Of a stretch of DNA of 64,000 bases, positions 8,737 to 18,574 are shown in pieces. Source of the stretch: Opitutia bacterium (GTDB lineage: Bacteria; Verrucomicrobiota; Verrucomicrobiia; Opitutales; T3Sed10-336); NCBI GenBank assembly GCA_050506795.1, contig JBJHCF010000002.1:62933-126932 (forward strand). Direction: 5' to 3'. The notes beneath the pieces are model-generated. The model did not search any database and was not told the DNA's origin. It saw nothing but the letters and a program-made list of their open reading frames with translations. How positions within the stretch are numbered: the first letter of the stretch is position 1; every line of letters begins with the position of its first letter. The translations under genes and the position numbers were made by a program.

Positions 8737-9450
8737 ATGGAAAAGCCAGAATCAATCTCCTGTCCGAACAAAGAAACTCTCAATCAAAGCATCCTGACGG
8801 AATGGCAGAACTTGCTTAATGAGACGGCAGACATTCTTGGTGTACCAGCCGGACTTATCACGCGTATTGACGGTGCTGAAATCGAGATTTTGCTCTCAAG
8901 CGAAACCAACGGCAACCCCTATCCTACCTCCGCGAAAGCAAGATACCCTGATTCAGGCTGGTTCTGCGAGCACACCTTAAAAACAAAAGGGCTCAATCTG
9001 ATTCCCAGCGCACTGGAGGATGACCGATGGAAAGACAACTCTGCCGTATCAACCTTCGATATGGTATCCTACATTGGTCTTCCGATTGATCGGCCCGATG
9101 GAATGCAGTTTGGGACAGTATGTTTTCTGGATAACAAAAAAAATGCCCACAACAATCTTCATATACGTATTATTGAGCAGATTAGGCGGATGATCGAACT
9201 TTCCCTTCGCATTCTGCATGCCAAGGAAGAAATCGACAGCCGTGACCGGCTTCTTATCAATTTGAGCAGGATTTATCCCATTTGCAGTTACTGCAAAAAA
9301 ATCCATGAGGAATCTGGCAATTGGGTGAATGTTGAAAAATACGTCCGCGATATTTCCGGCGCCATGGCCTCTCACAGCATATGCCCAACGTGCTATGAAA
9401 CGGTTAAGAACGACTTCGATTTCGAAGTTCACGTACCTAACGGCAAGTAA
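8737..9450 (+). CDS. GAF-domain protein with C-terminal Cys-rich (putative zinc) module
   Basis: FCEHT...SYIGLPI...FGTVCFLD GAF pattern; PICSYCKKI...W...E.Y...SHSICPTC tail. Confidence 0.8.
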   Translation: MEKPESISCPNKETLNQSILTEWQNLLNETADILGVPAGLITRIDGAEIEILLSSETNGNPYPTSAKARYPDSGWFCEHTLKTKGLNLIPSALEDDRWKDNSAVSTFDMVSYIGLPIDRPDGMQFGTVCFLDNKKNAHNNLHIRIIEQIRRMIELSLRILHAKEEIDSRDRLLINLSRIYPICSYCKKIHEESGNWVNVEKYVRDISGAMASHSICPTCYETVKNDFDFEVHVPNGK

Positions 9451-9531
9451 GATCGGTCCTTGCGAGCATCCTCATTTCCAGCTCGCATGAGCGGGAACAC
9501 GCAGAACACCTTCTGCGCTTTCAAAAATAAG

Positions 9532-9562
9532 AGCCCGCAACCCTGTTGAAGGGTTGCGGGCT
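9532..9562. terminator. Intrinsic terminator between convergent genes
   Basis: AGCCCGCAACCCT-GTTGA-AGGGTTGCGGGCT with an A-rich left flank (U tail on the minus strand). Confidence 0.75.
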
Positions 9563-9587
9563 GCTTTAAAGGAACGAACGGGTCAAC

Positions 9588-12500
9588 TCATTCGATTCTT
9601 TGAATTTGCACCCGCAGGAATGCCCGATCCGTATCGGAAAGTTCCAGTTCAACGGTTACCCACTCGAGGTTGGGATCCGTCTCATGCGGACTCCGGGAAA
9701 CCTCCTCAATCCCCGAACCATCCCAGCCATGCAGATCAAACGATCCTTGCGGGACGTAGGCGATATCATTCGCATCCAATCGCTCAGGATACGTAAGGAC
9801 GAGCTTTGTTCCCTCAACCGAAGCCCCCGGAAGATCTTTTCCGCTGACCGGTGTCCACGGATCCAACCCGAACGCATATTTCAAGAGGTTCGCCACCCCG
9901 TCATTCGCGGGCGTCGCCAGCAGACCCGATATATCGGGATCAGTAAGTTGCTCAGCGTCGAAATAGCTCTCGGCCCAATCGCTGAACGCCATCCCGTTTT
10001 CACCCGTGTGCACCCGCACCCGCAACCTGGGCATCTCCGCTACAACTCCGTTCTGGTCGGTCGCAATGAGACTATAGTGGGTCAGGGAGTCGGCGGGAGG
10101 GGTTATCTCCACGATGCCCTCGGTCTCCACCGCCCCTACTCCGGGTTCGATGCTTGTACTCGTTCCCAGGCTCTCCCAGGCAAGCATCACCGGCTGGTCA
10201 TTGAGAACGACTCTTGCCGTATCGAAGGTCCAAACCGTAGGGGTGAGATCCCACTCAGGTTCGATAATCGTGCCATCGCGCTCGTTTCCGGAACGATCTT
10301 GGGCGACGGTCCCTTCTCCTTCGTCCAAAGGCCACCAACCCACCAGGCCCGCCTGTCCCGCCGGAGAAGAGTACATGCTCGATCGAATCTCCGAACCCGA
10401 ACGGGCGACATTCCAAATGCGAACGTCGCGAACCGCACCGTTGAAGGGATGGTCCATATTCCACCAATTGCCGATCACGAACGGTCCATTCTGGGTGTTC
10501 AGAGCGATATTCGCGATGTCGACGAGATGACCGTTGCCATAAGCCCGAACCGTGGAGCCATCATAGGTTATGGCCACGTGGGTCCAGTTATTCAACGAAC
10601 CGGGGATCATGAACCACATGTCCTGACCCCAGAACTGTCCCTGCCACTCGTTCAATCTCCCGGCCACCCGCAGGGAGAAGTCATGGCCACCGCTACCCCG
10701 CTCTCCAAGCTGGAGCACTCCGCCGCCGTCAAAGGCCGCCGCCCTTACCCATGCTTCCATAGTCTTCGGGTTGCTTCCGCCGATACCCAGATCAGACGCG
10801 GTCAGTCCGTTTTCGACCCTGGAGTTGTTTCCATCGAAATCGAGAAAGGCCGTACGGTCATCCGGACCGCCAATCCTGAAGCTCCTCGCCGCCGACGTCC
10901 ATTCCGGCTCAGTGATAACGCCGTCGCGGCCATTCCCGGAATTATCGTACGCGATTTCACCGACCCCTTCGTTCAAAGGCCACCAACCCAACAAGCCCGG
11001 TTCACCCGCCGGCGAAGAATTCATAGTCGCCTGAATCTCGGATGCGGAACGCGCCCGATCCCAGACCCGCACATCACGGATAGCTCCATGAAAAGGATAA
11101 TCGTTATCCGAAGTCCCCCAGATCCCAATACGCATGCCGGTTCCCGGCTGGGTGTTGAGTGGGACATCCCGTTCGGTAACAAGCTCGCCGTTGGCATAGA
11201 GCCGGAGGTGCATTCCATCATAGACCGTAGCTATGTGGGCCCATTGTTTGTACGATCCCGGAACGTCAAACCAGGTGTCTGCGCCCCCCCAGAACTGCCC
11301 GTGCCATTCCTCCTGAACGCCGCCGCTGGTACGCAGGCTGAAGTTCTGTCCGTCAGCCGTATTTCCCAGATCGAAGACGCCTCCGCCTTCCCCGAAACTG
11401 CGGGCAAAAACCCAGGCTTCAACGGTTTTGGGATGATCGCCAACGATACCGAATTCATCGACATCGGCACCTATTTCAATGCCGACCTCCCTGAAGCCGT
11501 TGAAAAGCAGGAACCGGCTCTCTCCGGAGGTGGTGTTGCCGCCGAATCTCAGCACATCCCACACATGGTCGCCCTCCTGCGATCCTCCGATGCCAAACAG
11601 ATTCCGTGACTCGAGGGACTCCGATAGCTCGCCGCTCAGGGAAGCCTGTCCGCCGTTGCCATCCGCAAGAGTCGCCGTAAACTCGAAAATGCCCTCGCCG
11701 TTCGAGGCGCCGGTAAACCCAAAGTCATAGGTCGCCCCCACGATGGCTTCCGCGGGAAATGGCTGATCGTAGAGAATCGCACCGTCCATTCCCTCCCTGA
11801 AGACGATCCTGCCACCCGCGCCTTCTTCAATAACGTATTGAAATGTATAATACGTCGACGGATCATCGGCATTGAACACCGCGATATCCTCCTCCCCGAA
11901 AAGCACCAGACCCACCTTGCTTTGAGGGGTGTCGCCCCGATCTGCCAGGAGAATACGGGCATTGATTTCAACCGTTTCGCTCGACGCGAACTCGTTCACG
12001 AGCGTCAGCGCCAGGGAGTTGCCGGCGGTCCGGTTGTCCCGCAATCGAAGTGAGCTCTCCCGCAGTTCCCAATCATCCATCAGCATGAGCGAGAAATTGT
12101 CGGGCGCCATATAGGCCGGACCGGCCCCGAATGAATATTCGAATATGGCCGGAGTTGTTGTGGGGAAGCTTTCGACCACGTCTCCAAGGCTTATGGCCAG
12201 ATTCCGGAAGTCGATCTCCGGGCCTCCCAGCGGACTGGACTGCAGGCTACCGCCAACTCCGAACAGGTTGCCGTTATGCGGGCGTTGTATCGTAGTGGAA
12301 ATACTCTGGCTGTGACCATTCTCCTCGGCCAAATCCGTCAAGGTAAGAGTGAGCTCAAGATCACCGCTCAAGCCATAGACCCCCTCCCCTCGGATTGCGT
12401 AGGGCGCAAGATCGGTTTCAGCGCTGGTTATGGAAAAATCATCGATCATCCAGCCGTGTTCGTTGTTCAGAATAAATCCGTCGGTCGAAACATGAAACTC

Positions 12501-14144
12501 AATGCGGATTCTCTGCCCCAAGGCTTCCTCGGGGAGCACAAAACCACGGGTGCGCCAACCGTTGCTGTTCCCTGAATACCGGGCAAGCTCGACAATGGGA
12601 CCGCCATTTTCGTCAACCACGCGGACAAATGCATTGTGATACGGTTCGCCCGTGCCCGATTCGATATCATCGTCAATGTGCAGGGCCTCGCGAAAGTTCA
12701 GCTCCGCCGAAGTCGTTTCCGTCAGGTCGATCACCGGGGATCGAAGCCAGTCTTCACTGTTGGCATCGATCGCACCATCGAGATTCGTGGCGGCAACACG
12801 CTCCCCGGTCAAAGGTTCCGGCCCGTAGCTTGGCGAACCGATTTCCCAAACCTGGTTTGCGCCCCCAATTTGCCAGTTCGCATCGGTGTCGGCGTCTTCG
12901 AAGTCATCCTCCAGGAGGACCGGGTTCGGAAGCGGTTTCCTTCCGTCCCACCGGGCAGCCGCACGAAAAGGACCGTCAAACCCGCTGCCAATTGCAATTA
13001 TCGCGGTGTCGTTCCCGGCGGGCTTAATCTGAGGAAAGGTCGTTTCCATGACTATCCTCGATACCGCCGGAAAAAAGGAAAAGGTATAAAAGCCTTCTTC
13101 ATGCGCGGTGTTGAAAGGGCTCTCCCCTGGAACATGAGGACCGCCAAGCGCAACCAGTCCAATACGCGATTCACGCAGATCCGGGAACAGGTTCAGAACA
13201 AACTCCGATTCAACGGTAAAATCCTGACGCTCCGCTCGATTGCTTAGAAAGGCGGCGGCACTGCTGGAAACAAACAGGTCTGACTCCGAAGTCATCCGGA
13301 GAGCGTCCGCCACCAGATTGAAGTGATCCGGGCGGTTCCTGAGAAGAGAGAGTTCGTTGGCCTTACCTGCGGTGGTTCCGAAATCGAATACGACATCCGC
13401 TTCGATCGCGGGGTCATATTCAAACTGCTGCCCCTCCCATTGAGCGCCAAAAATGATCCCGTCGCGACCATTTCCCGACCCATCGGCGGCGACTCTTCCT
13501 TGCCCTTCATCAAGGGGCCACCAGAGCAAAAGCCCGTTTTGGCCCGCGGGGGAGGAGTTCATAGTCGCCTGGATCTCCGATTCGCTGCGAGCGACATTCC
13601 AAACACGCACATCACGGATAGAGCCGTGGAAATAGGGAAACGTGTACCACTTGCCAAGACGCAACCCGAATTGCCCCGGCTGAGTATCGAGTTCAACCTC
13701 CTCGGACTCCAACAACACCCCGTTGGCGAAGATCTGGACCGTCGTTCCATCATAGCTCATGGCGATGTGGGTCCATTCCCGGAAGGAATCCGGTACTTCA
13801 AATACGATATCGCCCCCTCCCCAAAACTGGGCTTGCCATTCCCGGTTGCCTTCAGTCAGCCGCAAAGTGAAATCATGACCGTCCGTTCCCGTCGATCCCA
13901 TCGAAATCACACCCGCCGCATTGAAAGTGCGGACGTAAACCCAGGCTTCGATCGTTTTTGGATTGCTCCCATCGATTCCCAGGTCGGAAACCGTCAAACC
14001 GGAGTCAACGGAACCTTCGACTCCATCGAAATGCAGAATGGGTTCGGGTTGCGCCGAAACCGATTGCGCGGAAAGTATCGCTGTCCCAAATGCCACCAGC
14101 AGTGCGAGAGCCCTTGAGAAAGAGGTGTTGGATTTAATTATCAT
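9588..14144 (-). CDS. Secreted multi-LamG (concanavalin A-like) protein with conserved C-terminal domain
   Basis: Signal peptide; three similar repeats PKT.EAWV...WTHIA..YDG......NG...F.G.IRDVR.W..ARS.SEI...WWPL.EG; very acidic. Confidence 0.88.
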   Translation of the reverse strand: MIIKSNTSFSRALALLVAFGTAILSAQSVSAQPEPILHFDGVEGSVDSGLTVSDLGIDGSNPKTIEAWVYVRTFNAAGVISMGSTGTDGHDFTLRLTEGNREWQAQFWGGGDIVFEVPDSFREWTHIAMSYDGTTVQIFANGVLLESEEVELDTQPGQFGLRLGKWYTFPYFHGSIRDVRVWNVARSESEIQATMNSSPAGQNGLLLWWPLDEGQGRVAADGSGNGRDGIIFGAQWEGQQFEYDPAIEADVVFDFGTTAGKANELSLLRNRPDHFNLVADALRMTSESDLFVSSSAAAFLSNRAERQDFTVESEFVLNLFPDLRESRIGLVALGGPHVPGESPFNTAHEEGFYTFSFFPAVSRIVMETTFPQIKPAGNDTAIIAIGSGFDGPFRAAARWDGRKPLPNPVLLEDDFEDADTDANWQIGGANQVWEIGSPSYGPEPLTGERVAATNLDGAIDANSEDWLRSPVIDLTETTSAELNFREALHIDDDIESGTGEPYHNAFVRVVDENGGPIVELARYSGNSNGWRTRGFVLPEEALGQRIRIEFHVSTDGFILNNEHGWMIDDFSITSAETDLAPYAIRGEGVYGLSGDLELTLTLTDLAEENGHSQSISTTIQRPHNGNLFGVGGSLQSSPLGGPEIDFRNLAISLGDVVESFPTTTPAIFEYSFGAGPAYMAPDNFSLMLMDDWELRESSLRLRDNRTAGNSLALTLVNEFASSETVEINARILLADRGDTPQSKVGLVLFGEEDIAVFNADDPSTYYTFQYVIEEGAGGRIVFREGMDGAILYDQPFPAEAIVGATYDFGFTGASNGEGIFEFTATLADGNGGQASLSGELSESLESRNLFGIGGSQEGDHVWDVLRFGGNTTSGESRFLLFNGFREVGIEIGADVDEFGIVGDHPKTVEAWVFARSFGEGGGVFDLGNTADGQNFSLRTSGGVQEEWHGQFWGGADTWFDVPGSYKQWAHIATVYDGMHLRLYANGELVTERDVPLNTQPGTGMRIGIWGTSDNDYPFHGAIRDVRVWDRARSASEIQATMNSSPAGEPGLLGWWPLNEGVGEIAYDNSGNGRDGVITEPEWTSAARSFRIGGPDDRTAFLDFDGNNSRVENGLTASDLGIGGSNPKTMEAWVRAAAFDGGGVLQLGERGSGGHDFSLRVAGRLNEWQGQFWGQDMWFMIPGSLNNWTHVAITYDGSTVRAYGNGHLVDIANIALNTQNGPFVIGNWWNMDHPFNGAVRDVRIWNVARSGSEIRSSMYSSPAGQAGLVGWWPLDEGEGTVAQDRSGNERDGTIIEPEWDLTPTVWTFDTARVVLNDQPVMLAWESLGTSTSIEPGVGAVETEGIVEITPPADSLTHYSLIATDQNGVVAEMPRLRVRVHTGENGMAFSDWAESYFDAEQLTDPDISGLLATPANDGVANLLKYAFGLDPWTPVSGKDLPGASVEGTKLVLTYPERLDANDIAYVPQGSFDLHGWDGSGIEEVSRSPHETDPNLEWVTVELELSDTDRAFLRVQIQRIE

Positions 14145-14182
14145 TTATCTTTGAGTTCGGGTTGGGCAAAATATTGAGAGAT

Positions 14183-14950
14183 TCAACGGGGTCCGCTGTA
14201 GGGCCGGAGTGGCGGAGGCAATGGATTCCAATGCCCCTCGTATGCGGCAAATTCCGGATGGACCAATTGCACATGGCCGTCCACGAAGGTCACGTGACCT
14301 CTTCCACTATGACGTTCCGTCAGCTCGTCCTCCGCTTCTCCAAGCCAGGCCGAGCTGTCATTCGGCGAATCCTCCTCGACCAGGAGAATGATCGTCGAGG
14401 GCGAGTTGATTCGCGAGAGTCGACCTCCAACACGCAGATTCGAGCCGACTACCGGCGCCTGCGGATCGAGCGCGGCGTTCATCGAAAACGAGTAGGCATA
14501 TTCGGGCTCCGCGTCACGGAGTCGTTCGTCCGAGGGACAGCGATATATTTCGGGAGAAAACCCTGTTCCGAGATAGGGAACTATGGGGCTGTGCCTGAGT
14601 AAAGTGTCCCGTGAGTCGTTACGCCAATAGATCCAGTCCGTCTCCTGTTGTCCCTGTGCGGTGGAACCTGACGTTGGAAGCACGCCATGATTATCGTCGG
14701 CGAACATCAGCATAGCCATTGAAACCTGGCGAATGTTCGACGCGCACTTCACCTGCCGTGCGCTGTCCCTTACGTTGGCGACCACAGGAATCAAAATCGC
14801 CGCCAGAATTCCAATGATTGCAATCACCGTCAGCAATTCAATGAGAGTAAATCCGCGGCGACTCCTCGGTTTCCGAAAGTCCAAGCGATGCCCGTGTGAG
14901 GGCGGAACTGGTACAGTTATTCGCGGGTTATGTCTATGTCTAAAAAACAT
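14183..14950 (-). CDS. Prepilin-type N-terminal cleavage/methylation protein with H-X9-DG C-terminal motif (DUF1559-like)
   Basis: GFTLIELLTVIAIIGILAAILIP; C.SN.RQ; YRCPSD; RHSGRGHVTFVDGHV. Start uncertain. Confidence 0.9.
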   Translation of the reverse strand: MFFRHRHNPRITVPVPPSHGHRLDFRKPRSRRGFTLIELLTVIAIIGILAAILIPVVANVRDSARQVKCASNIRQVSMAMLMFADDNHGVLPTSGSTAQGQQETDWIYWRNDSRDTLLRHSPIVPYLGTGFSPEIYRCPSDERLRDAEPEYAYSFSMNAALDPQAPVVGSNLRVGGRLSRINSPSTIILLVEEDSPNDSSAWLGEAEDELTERHSGRGHVTFVDGHVQLVHPEFAAYEGHWNPLPPPLRPYSGPR

Positions 14951-15660
14951 AAACCAAAATCCTAAGGCGCAGCGAATTAACTTCAAAATGAAACCGATCC
15001 AAATATATACATATTAATCCAAACTTGAGGCAAAATTAGGGTTGTTAATCAATCAATCGATTCCTTGACCTTGTCCGCCGCAAAGCACAAAGGCATACTG
15101 AATGACCCGGCAGGCTTGAACCGTCGATTCTTGGGGTCAAAGCCCCGCATCCAAGAAAAAAGTGATGAGCTCTTCCCTCGCCGGCCGGTACCGCTGTTCA
15201 CGGCGGCAAATCACGGATAACGCCGAAAACCCAATAAAAGCGAGCCCTGCTAAACGGATTGAAATCATAAATATGTATAGAAGCATCCCATAGCGGAACG
15301 GGCCAAAGCCGGGTCCGCAATGGGATGCCACTCCGGAGAGCAGGAGGAAAGGGGAGCCCGACCGGTATCGGGAGGTGTTCGGTTTGTTTGAATCGCACGG
15401 TTAAACAGGTTCTTCGTTTGAGAAATCGAAACGAAATCGCGCCTCGGCTTTGCGGGTATGCGGGAGTATGGCCGCGGCCGATCCGATCAATTTATTCTCC
15501 TTCGATGATCCGCTTTAACCAAGGGCTATTCCGGTTGGAGCTGATTGTCTGTTGGGTTCTGGAGCAGATTGCAGATCGAAAGCCCCCAGTGACAAAAAGT
15601 TGAAAAAAGCCGGAAGATAGGGAAGAACCGTGAATCCGTGATCCCTTTTATTTTCCTGCC

Positions 15661-16329
15661 ATGACCCAATCCCACCAGCACAAACCTCGACGGCATTGGA
15701 AGCTTTGGGTACTTCCCTGTTTAATCGCAGGCGGAATCGGCCTCACCGTGTGGCAACCGGTCGAACTTGAAACGATCCTGGACCACGGCCGGCAGGTAGG
15801 AAACTCTCCCCTGTTTCTAACGGCAGCGGTCGTCACAATGATCGTCTTGTTCACGTTCGGCCTCCCGGGGAGTCTGGGTCTATGGCTGATCGCCCCGTTC
15901 AATCCGCCACTGCTCTCCACCGCACTGCTGGTGCTCGCGAGCGTCGGAGGCGCGGTCGGAGGGTATTATTTCGCCGCGTTCCTGCAACGGGACTGGAACC
16001 CGACGGGCCTGGCGGGGCGCATCTTCGAAGTGTTGAAAAAACAGGGGAACTTCGTCACCCAGACCGCACTCCGCCTTTTTCCCGGCTTCCCCCACTCGGT
16101 CATCAATTTTTCCGGAGGCGTTCTTCGCTTGCCGCTGCTCACCTTTATCGGCGCGGCGATTCTCGGACTAACGGTCAAATGGACGGTCTATGCCCGGGCG
16201 GTTCATGGCATCACTGACGCAGTGGCGGACGAGTCGTCAATCGATCCCGCCGCCCTCTGGCCGCTGGCCCTGCTCGCCGTTCTTCTACTCGCCGGCTCTT
16301 TCCTCAAGAAACGGTTGCTGGGCGAATGA
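15661..16329 (+). CDS. VTT/DedA (TVP38/TMEM64) family membrane protein
   Basis: Multiple TM helices; LRLFPGFPHSVINF motif. Confidence 0.8.
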   Translation: MTQSHQHKPRRHWKLWVLPCLIAGGIGLTVWQPVELETILDHGRQVGNSPLFLTAAVVTMIVLFTFGLPGSLGLWLIAPFNPPLLSTALLVLASVGGAVGGYYFAAFLQRDWNPTGLAGRIFEVLKKQGNFVTQTALRLFPGFPHSVINFSGGVLRLPLLTFIGAAILGLTVKWTVYARAVHGITDAVADESSIDPAALWPLALLAVLLLAGSFLKKRLLGE

Positions 16330-16386
16330 ATTCACTGGAGGCGAGGAGAAGTCGCCCGCCATTTCCTCCGCCTAACCGTCATCCCG

Positions 16387-16869
16387 CTACAGTTGAGGGA
16401 ACGTCAGACCGAAGCGTTGGCACAGTTCGGGGACGCTTTCGAACTTCATGTCGAGGGCGTACTTCCTGTTGATTTCAGCGAACTTCTCCAGGTCGCCCCA
16501 GTTGGCAGCGACTTCGCGAAAGAAGTTTTCAAATCCCGCCGGTGAGATCACCTCGATGATCTCACAGGGCTCGTCGCCGGCGTTCCAGAAGGTGTGCCAC
16601 TGCCCGCGCGGCTTGAAAACCCAGGTTCCCGGGCCGGCCGTTACGACATCGTCGCCCAGCAATGCCCCGAGTTGCCCGCGAAGCACGTAGGAGTACTCGT
16701 CCTCGTTATGATGATAATGCAGCGGAGCCGCCAACGCGCGCGGGGCGATCGGATGATGGACCACCGAAAAGCGGCCCTGGGGGTGATCCCCGTCAATCTT
16801 CCACTGAACACCCAACCCGCCGAAATCAAACGACTCACCCTCGCCGTTGAAAATAATTGTCGGTTTCAT
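16387..16869 (-). CDS. Cupin-domain protein
   Basis: PLHYHHNEDEYSYVL.G...G....PRG..HTFWN. Confidence 0.88.
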   Translation of the reverse strand: MKPTIIFNGEGESFDFGGLGVQWKIDGDHPQGRFSVVHHPIAPRALAAPLHYHHNEDEYSYVLRGQLGALLGDDVVTAGPGTWVFKPRGQWHTFWNAGDEPCEIIEVISPAGFENFFREVAANWGDLEKFAEINRKYALDMKFESVPELCQRFGLTFPQL

Positions 16870-17142
16870 ACTGGTGACAACTAATTAACCTGCGAAAAGC
16901 ATAGCGTTTCCCCCAACCTCGTCAATCCTTCGGATCAAGGCAAAGCGATGTGGTCATTCTGCGCGTCGACGCCGGACTGCAGGAACACCTGCGGACCGAA
17001 ATCATTTCCGTTTCCCAGCACACCGTCCGGCAACTGGTGAGAGCCATCGAAGCGCTGGACGATCCGCGGTAACCCGAACGGCTCCCGCGTAAGCACCGAG
17101 TAGGTCCGATGCCCCAAAGCCGGAAAGCCCTCCTGCCCCGGA

Positions 17143-18462
17143 TCAATCATATATCAGATAGGGCTCTCTCGCGATTTTAAACCGTTCCACATCCCGCTCC
17201 CAAACGGCTACGATACGGTCCACCCTGTCGCCCAGTCGGAGTTTGTTGAGAACCTCTTCGTTGCCCGCGCGAATATTCAGGCCCCTTTCGATAAAGAACG
17301 ATTCCCGGGCCTCGGCCGGCAAATTTTCGTACACCGCCTGAAGAATGTGAATCCCGGCTTCGACAGGCCGCACTTTGGCGGGCTCCGTAACTTCGATGCG
17401 GACGCCGTGAACCTCTTCACCCAGCAGTTTTGGCTGTTTTGACATCCCCTCAATGCTTTCGGGCACAAAGGTCACCGGACTAAACGCCAGACCGGGCAGG
17501 TCGCGGCGGTTCAACTCATCGGCTACGGCGTTCGAGTTGACGTAGGGACTGCCCACCTGAAGGAATGGCCGATAGGTTCCGCGGCCTTCGCTGGCGGTGG
17601 TCCCCTCGAAAAAGCAGGTGCCCGGGTAGACGATGGCGGTTTCCACATCGGGTATGTTCGGACTGGGCGCCACCCACTCCAAACCGGTATCCGGCCAGTG
17701 CATACTTCTGGTCCAGCCTTCCATTTCCACAACGTGCAGATCCAAACCTTCGATTCCGTCGTGCCAGCTCTCACCCTTTATCATCAAAGCGAGTTCGCCC
17801 ACGGTCATACCGTGTGTAACGGGAGTCGGATACAGGCCTATTCCCGAACGAAAACGATCTTCCCGGACCGGGCCTTCCACCGGCAGCCCTGCAATCGGGT
17901 TGGGACGATCGAGAACCAGATACGGGATGCCCGCTTCCGCCGCCGATATCATCGCTCGTCCCATCGTGGCCGGATAGGTGTAAAAACGCGCCCCGACATC
18001 CTGTATGTCGAATATCAGCACGTCTACCCCATCCAGCATTTCCGCTGTGGGCCGGTCGATCTCGCCGTAGAGACTGTAGACCGGCACGCCGGTCCGTTCG
18101 TCCACTCCGTGGTCCACGGGTTTACCCGCGTCGGCCGTCCCCCGGATGCCGTGCTCGGGACCGAAAAGCACAACCAGTTCGATCGAAGGATCCGCATGAA
18201 GACGGTCCGCCAGGTGTTGCCCCCCCACGATCGCGCTGTGGTTCGTTATAAGACCTACCCGCCTGCTTTCGACCAGATGGTAACGGTCGCTAAACAGGCG
18301 CTCGGCGCCGGTTCTGACGGTCGAGCCCGTGTCCCCATATTCGCGACCGGCGGCACAACCCGTAATCGGAACAACAACCAAACCAATGCATAACCAGGCG
18401 ACACGCGAGAGAGCGGAAGTTTCCTCATATCGGTTGGATTGGTTTCTCATCTCAGGATCCAT
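17143..18462 (-). CDS. namZ: DUF1343 family, exo-beta-N-acetylmuramidase NamZ-like
   Basis: GLITNHS, FGPEHGIRG, FDIQDVGARFYTY, DRPNP, HGMTVGELA, SPNIP, SEGRGT motifs. Confidence 0.88.
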   Translation of the reverse strand: MDPEMRNQSNRYEETSALSRVAWLCIGLVVVPITGCAAGREYGDTGSTVRTGAERLFSDRYHLVESRRVGLITNHSAIVGGQHLADRLHADPSIELVVLFGPEHGIRGTADAGKPVDHGVDERTGVPVYSLYGEIDRPTAEMLDGVDVLIFDIQDVGARFYTYPATMGRAMISAAEAGIPYLVLDRPNPIAGLPVEGPVREDRFRSGIGLYPTPVTHGMTVGELALMIKGESWHDGIEGLDLHVVEMEGWTRSMHWPDTGLEWVAPSPNIPDVETAIVYPGTCFFEGTTASEGRGTYRPFLQVGSPYVNSNAVADELNRRDLPGLAFSPVTFVPESIEGMSKQPKLLGEEVHGVRIEVTEPAKVRPVEAGIHILQAVYENLPAEARESFFIERGLNIRAGNEEVLNKLRLGDRVDRIVAVWERDVERFKIAREPYLIYD

Positions 18463-18574
18463 CGAATCTGCTTTCCCTCGCCCCCGGAGACGATCCCAGC
18501 CTGCGGACCGACGGATTCAATCCCGGGGCGGTGGAGACGTGTGCTTGATTATCAGCTCCCGGCGTAACCGGGCG

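Noticed and set aside
16905..17150. Short ORFs between the cupin gene and namZ
   Set aside because: Minus-strand ORFs look like shadows; a plus-strand stretch (DVVILRVDAGLQEHLRTE...) may be a remnant but cannot be assigned.
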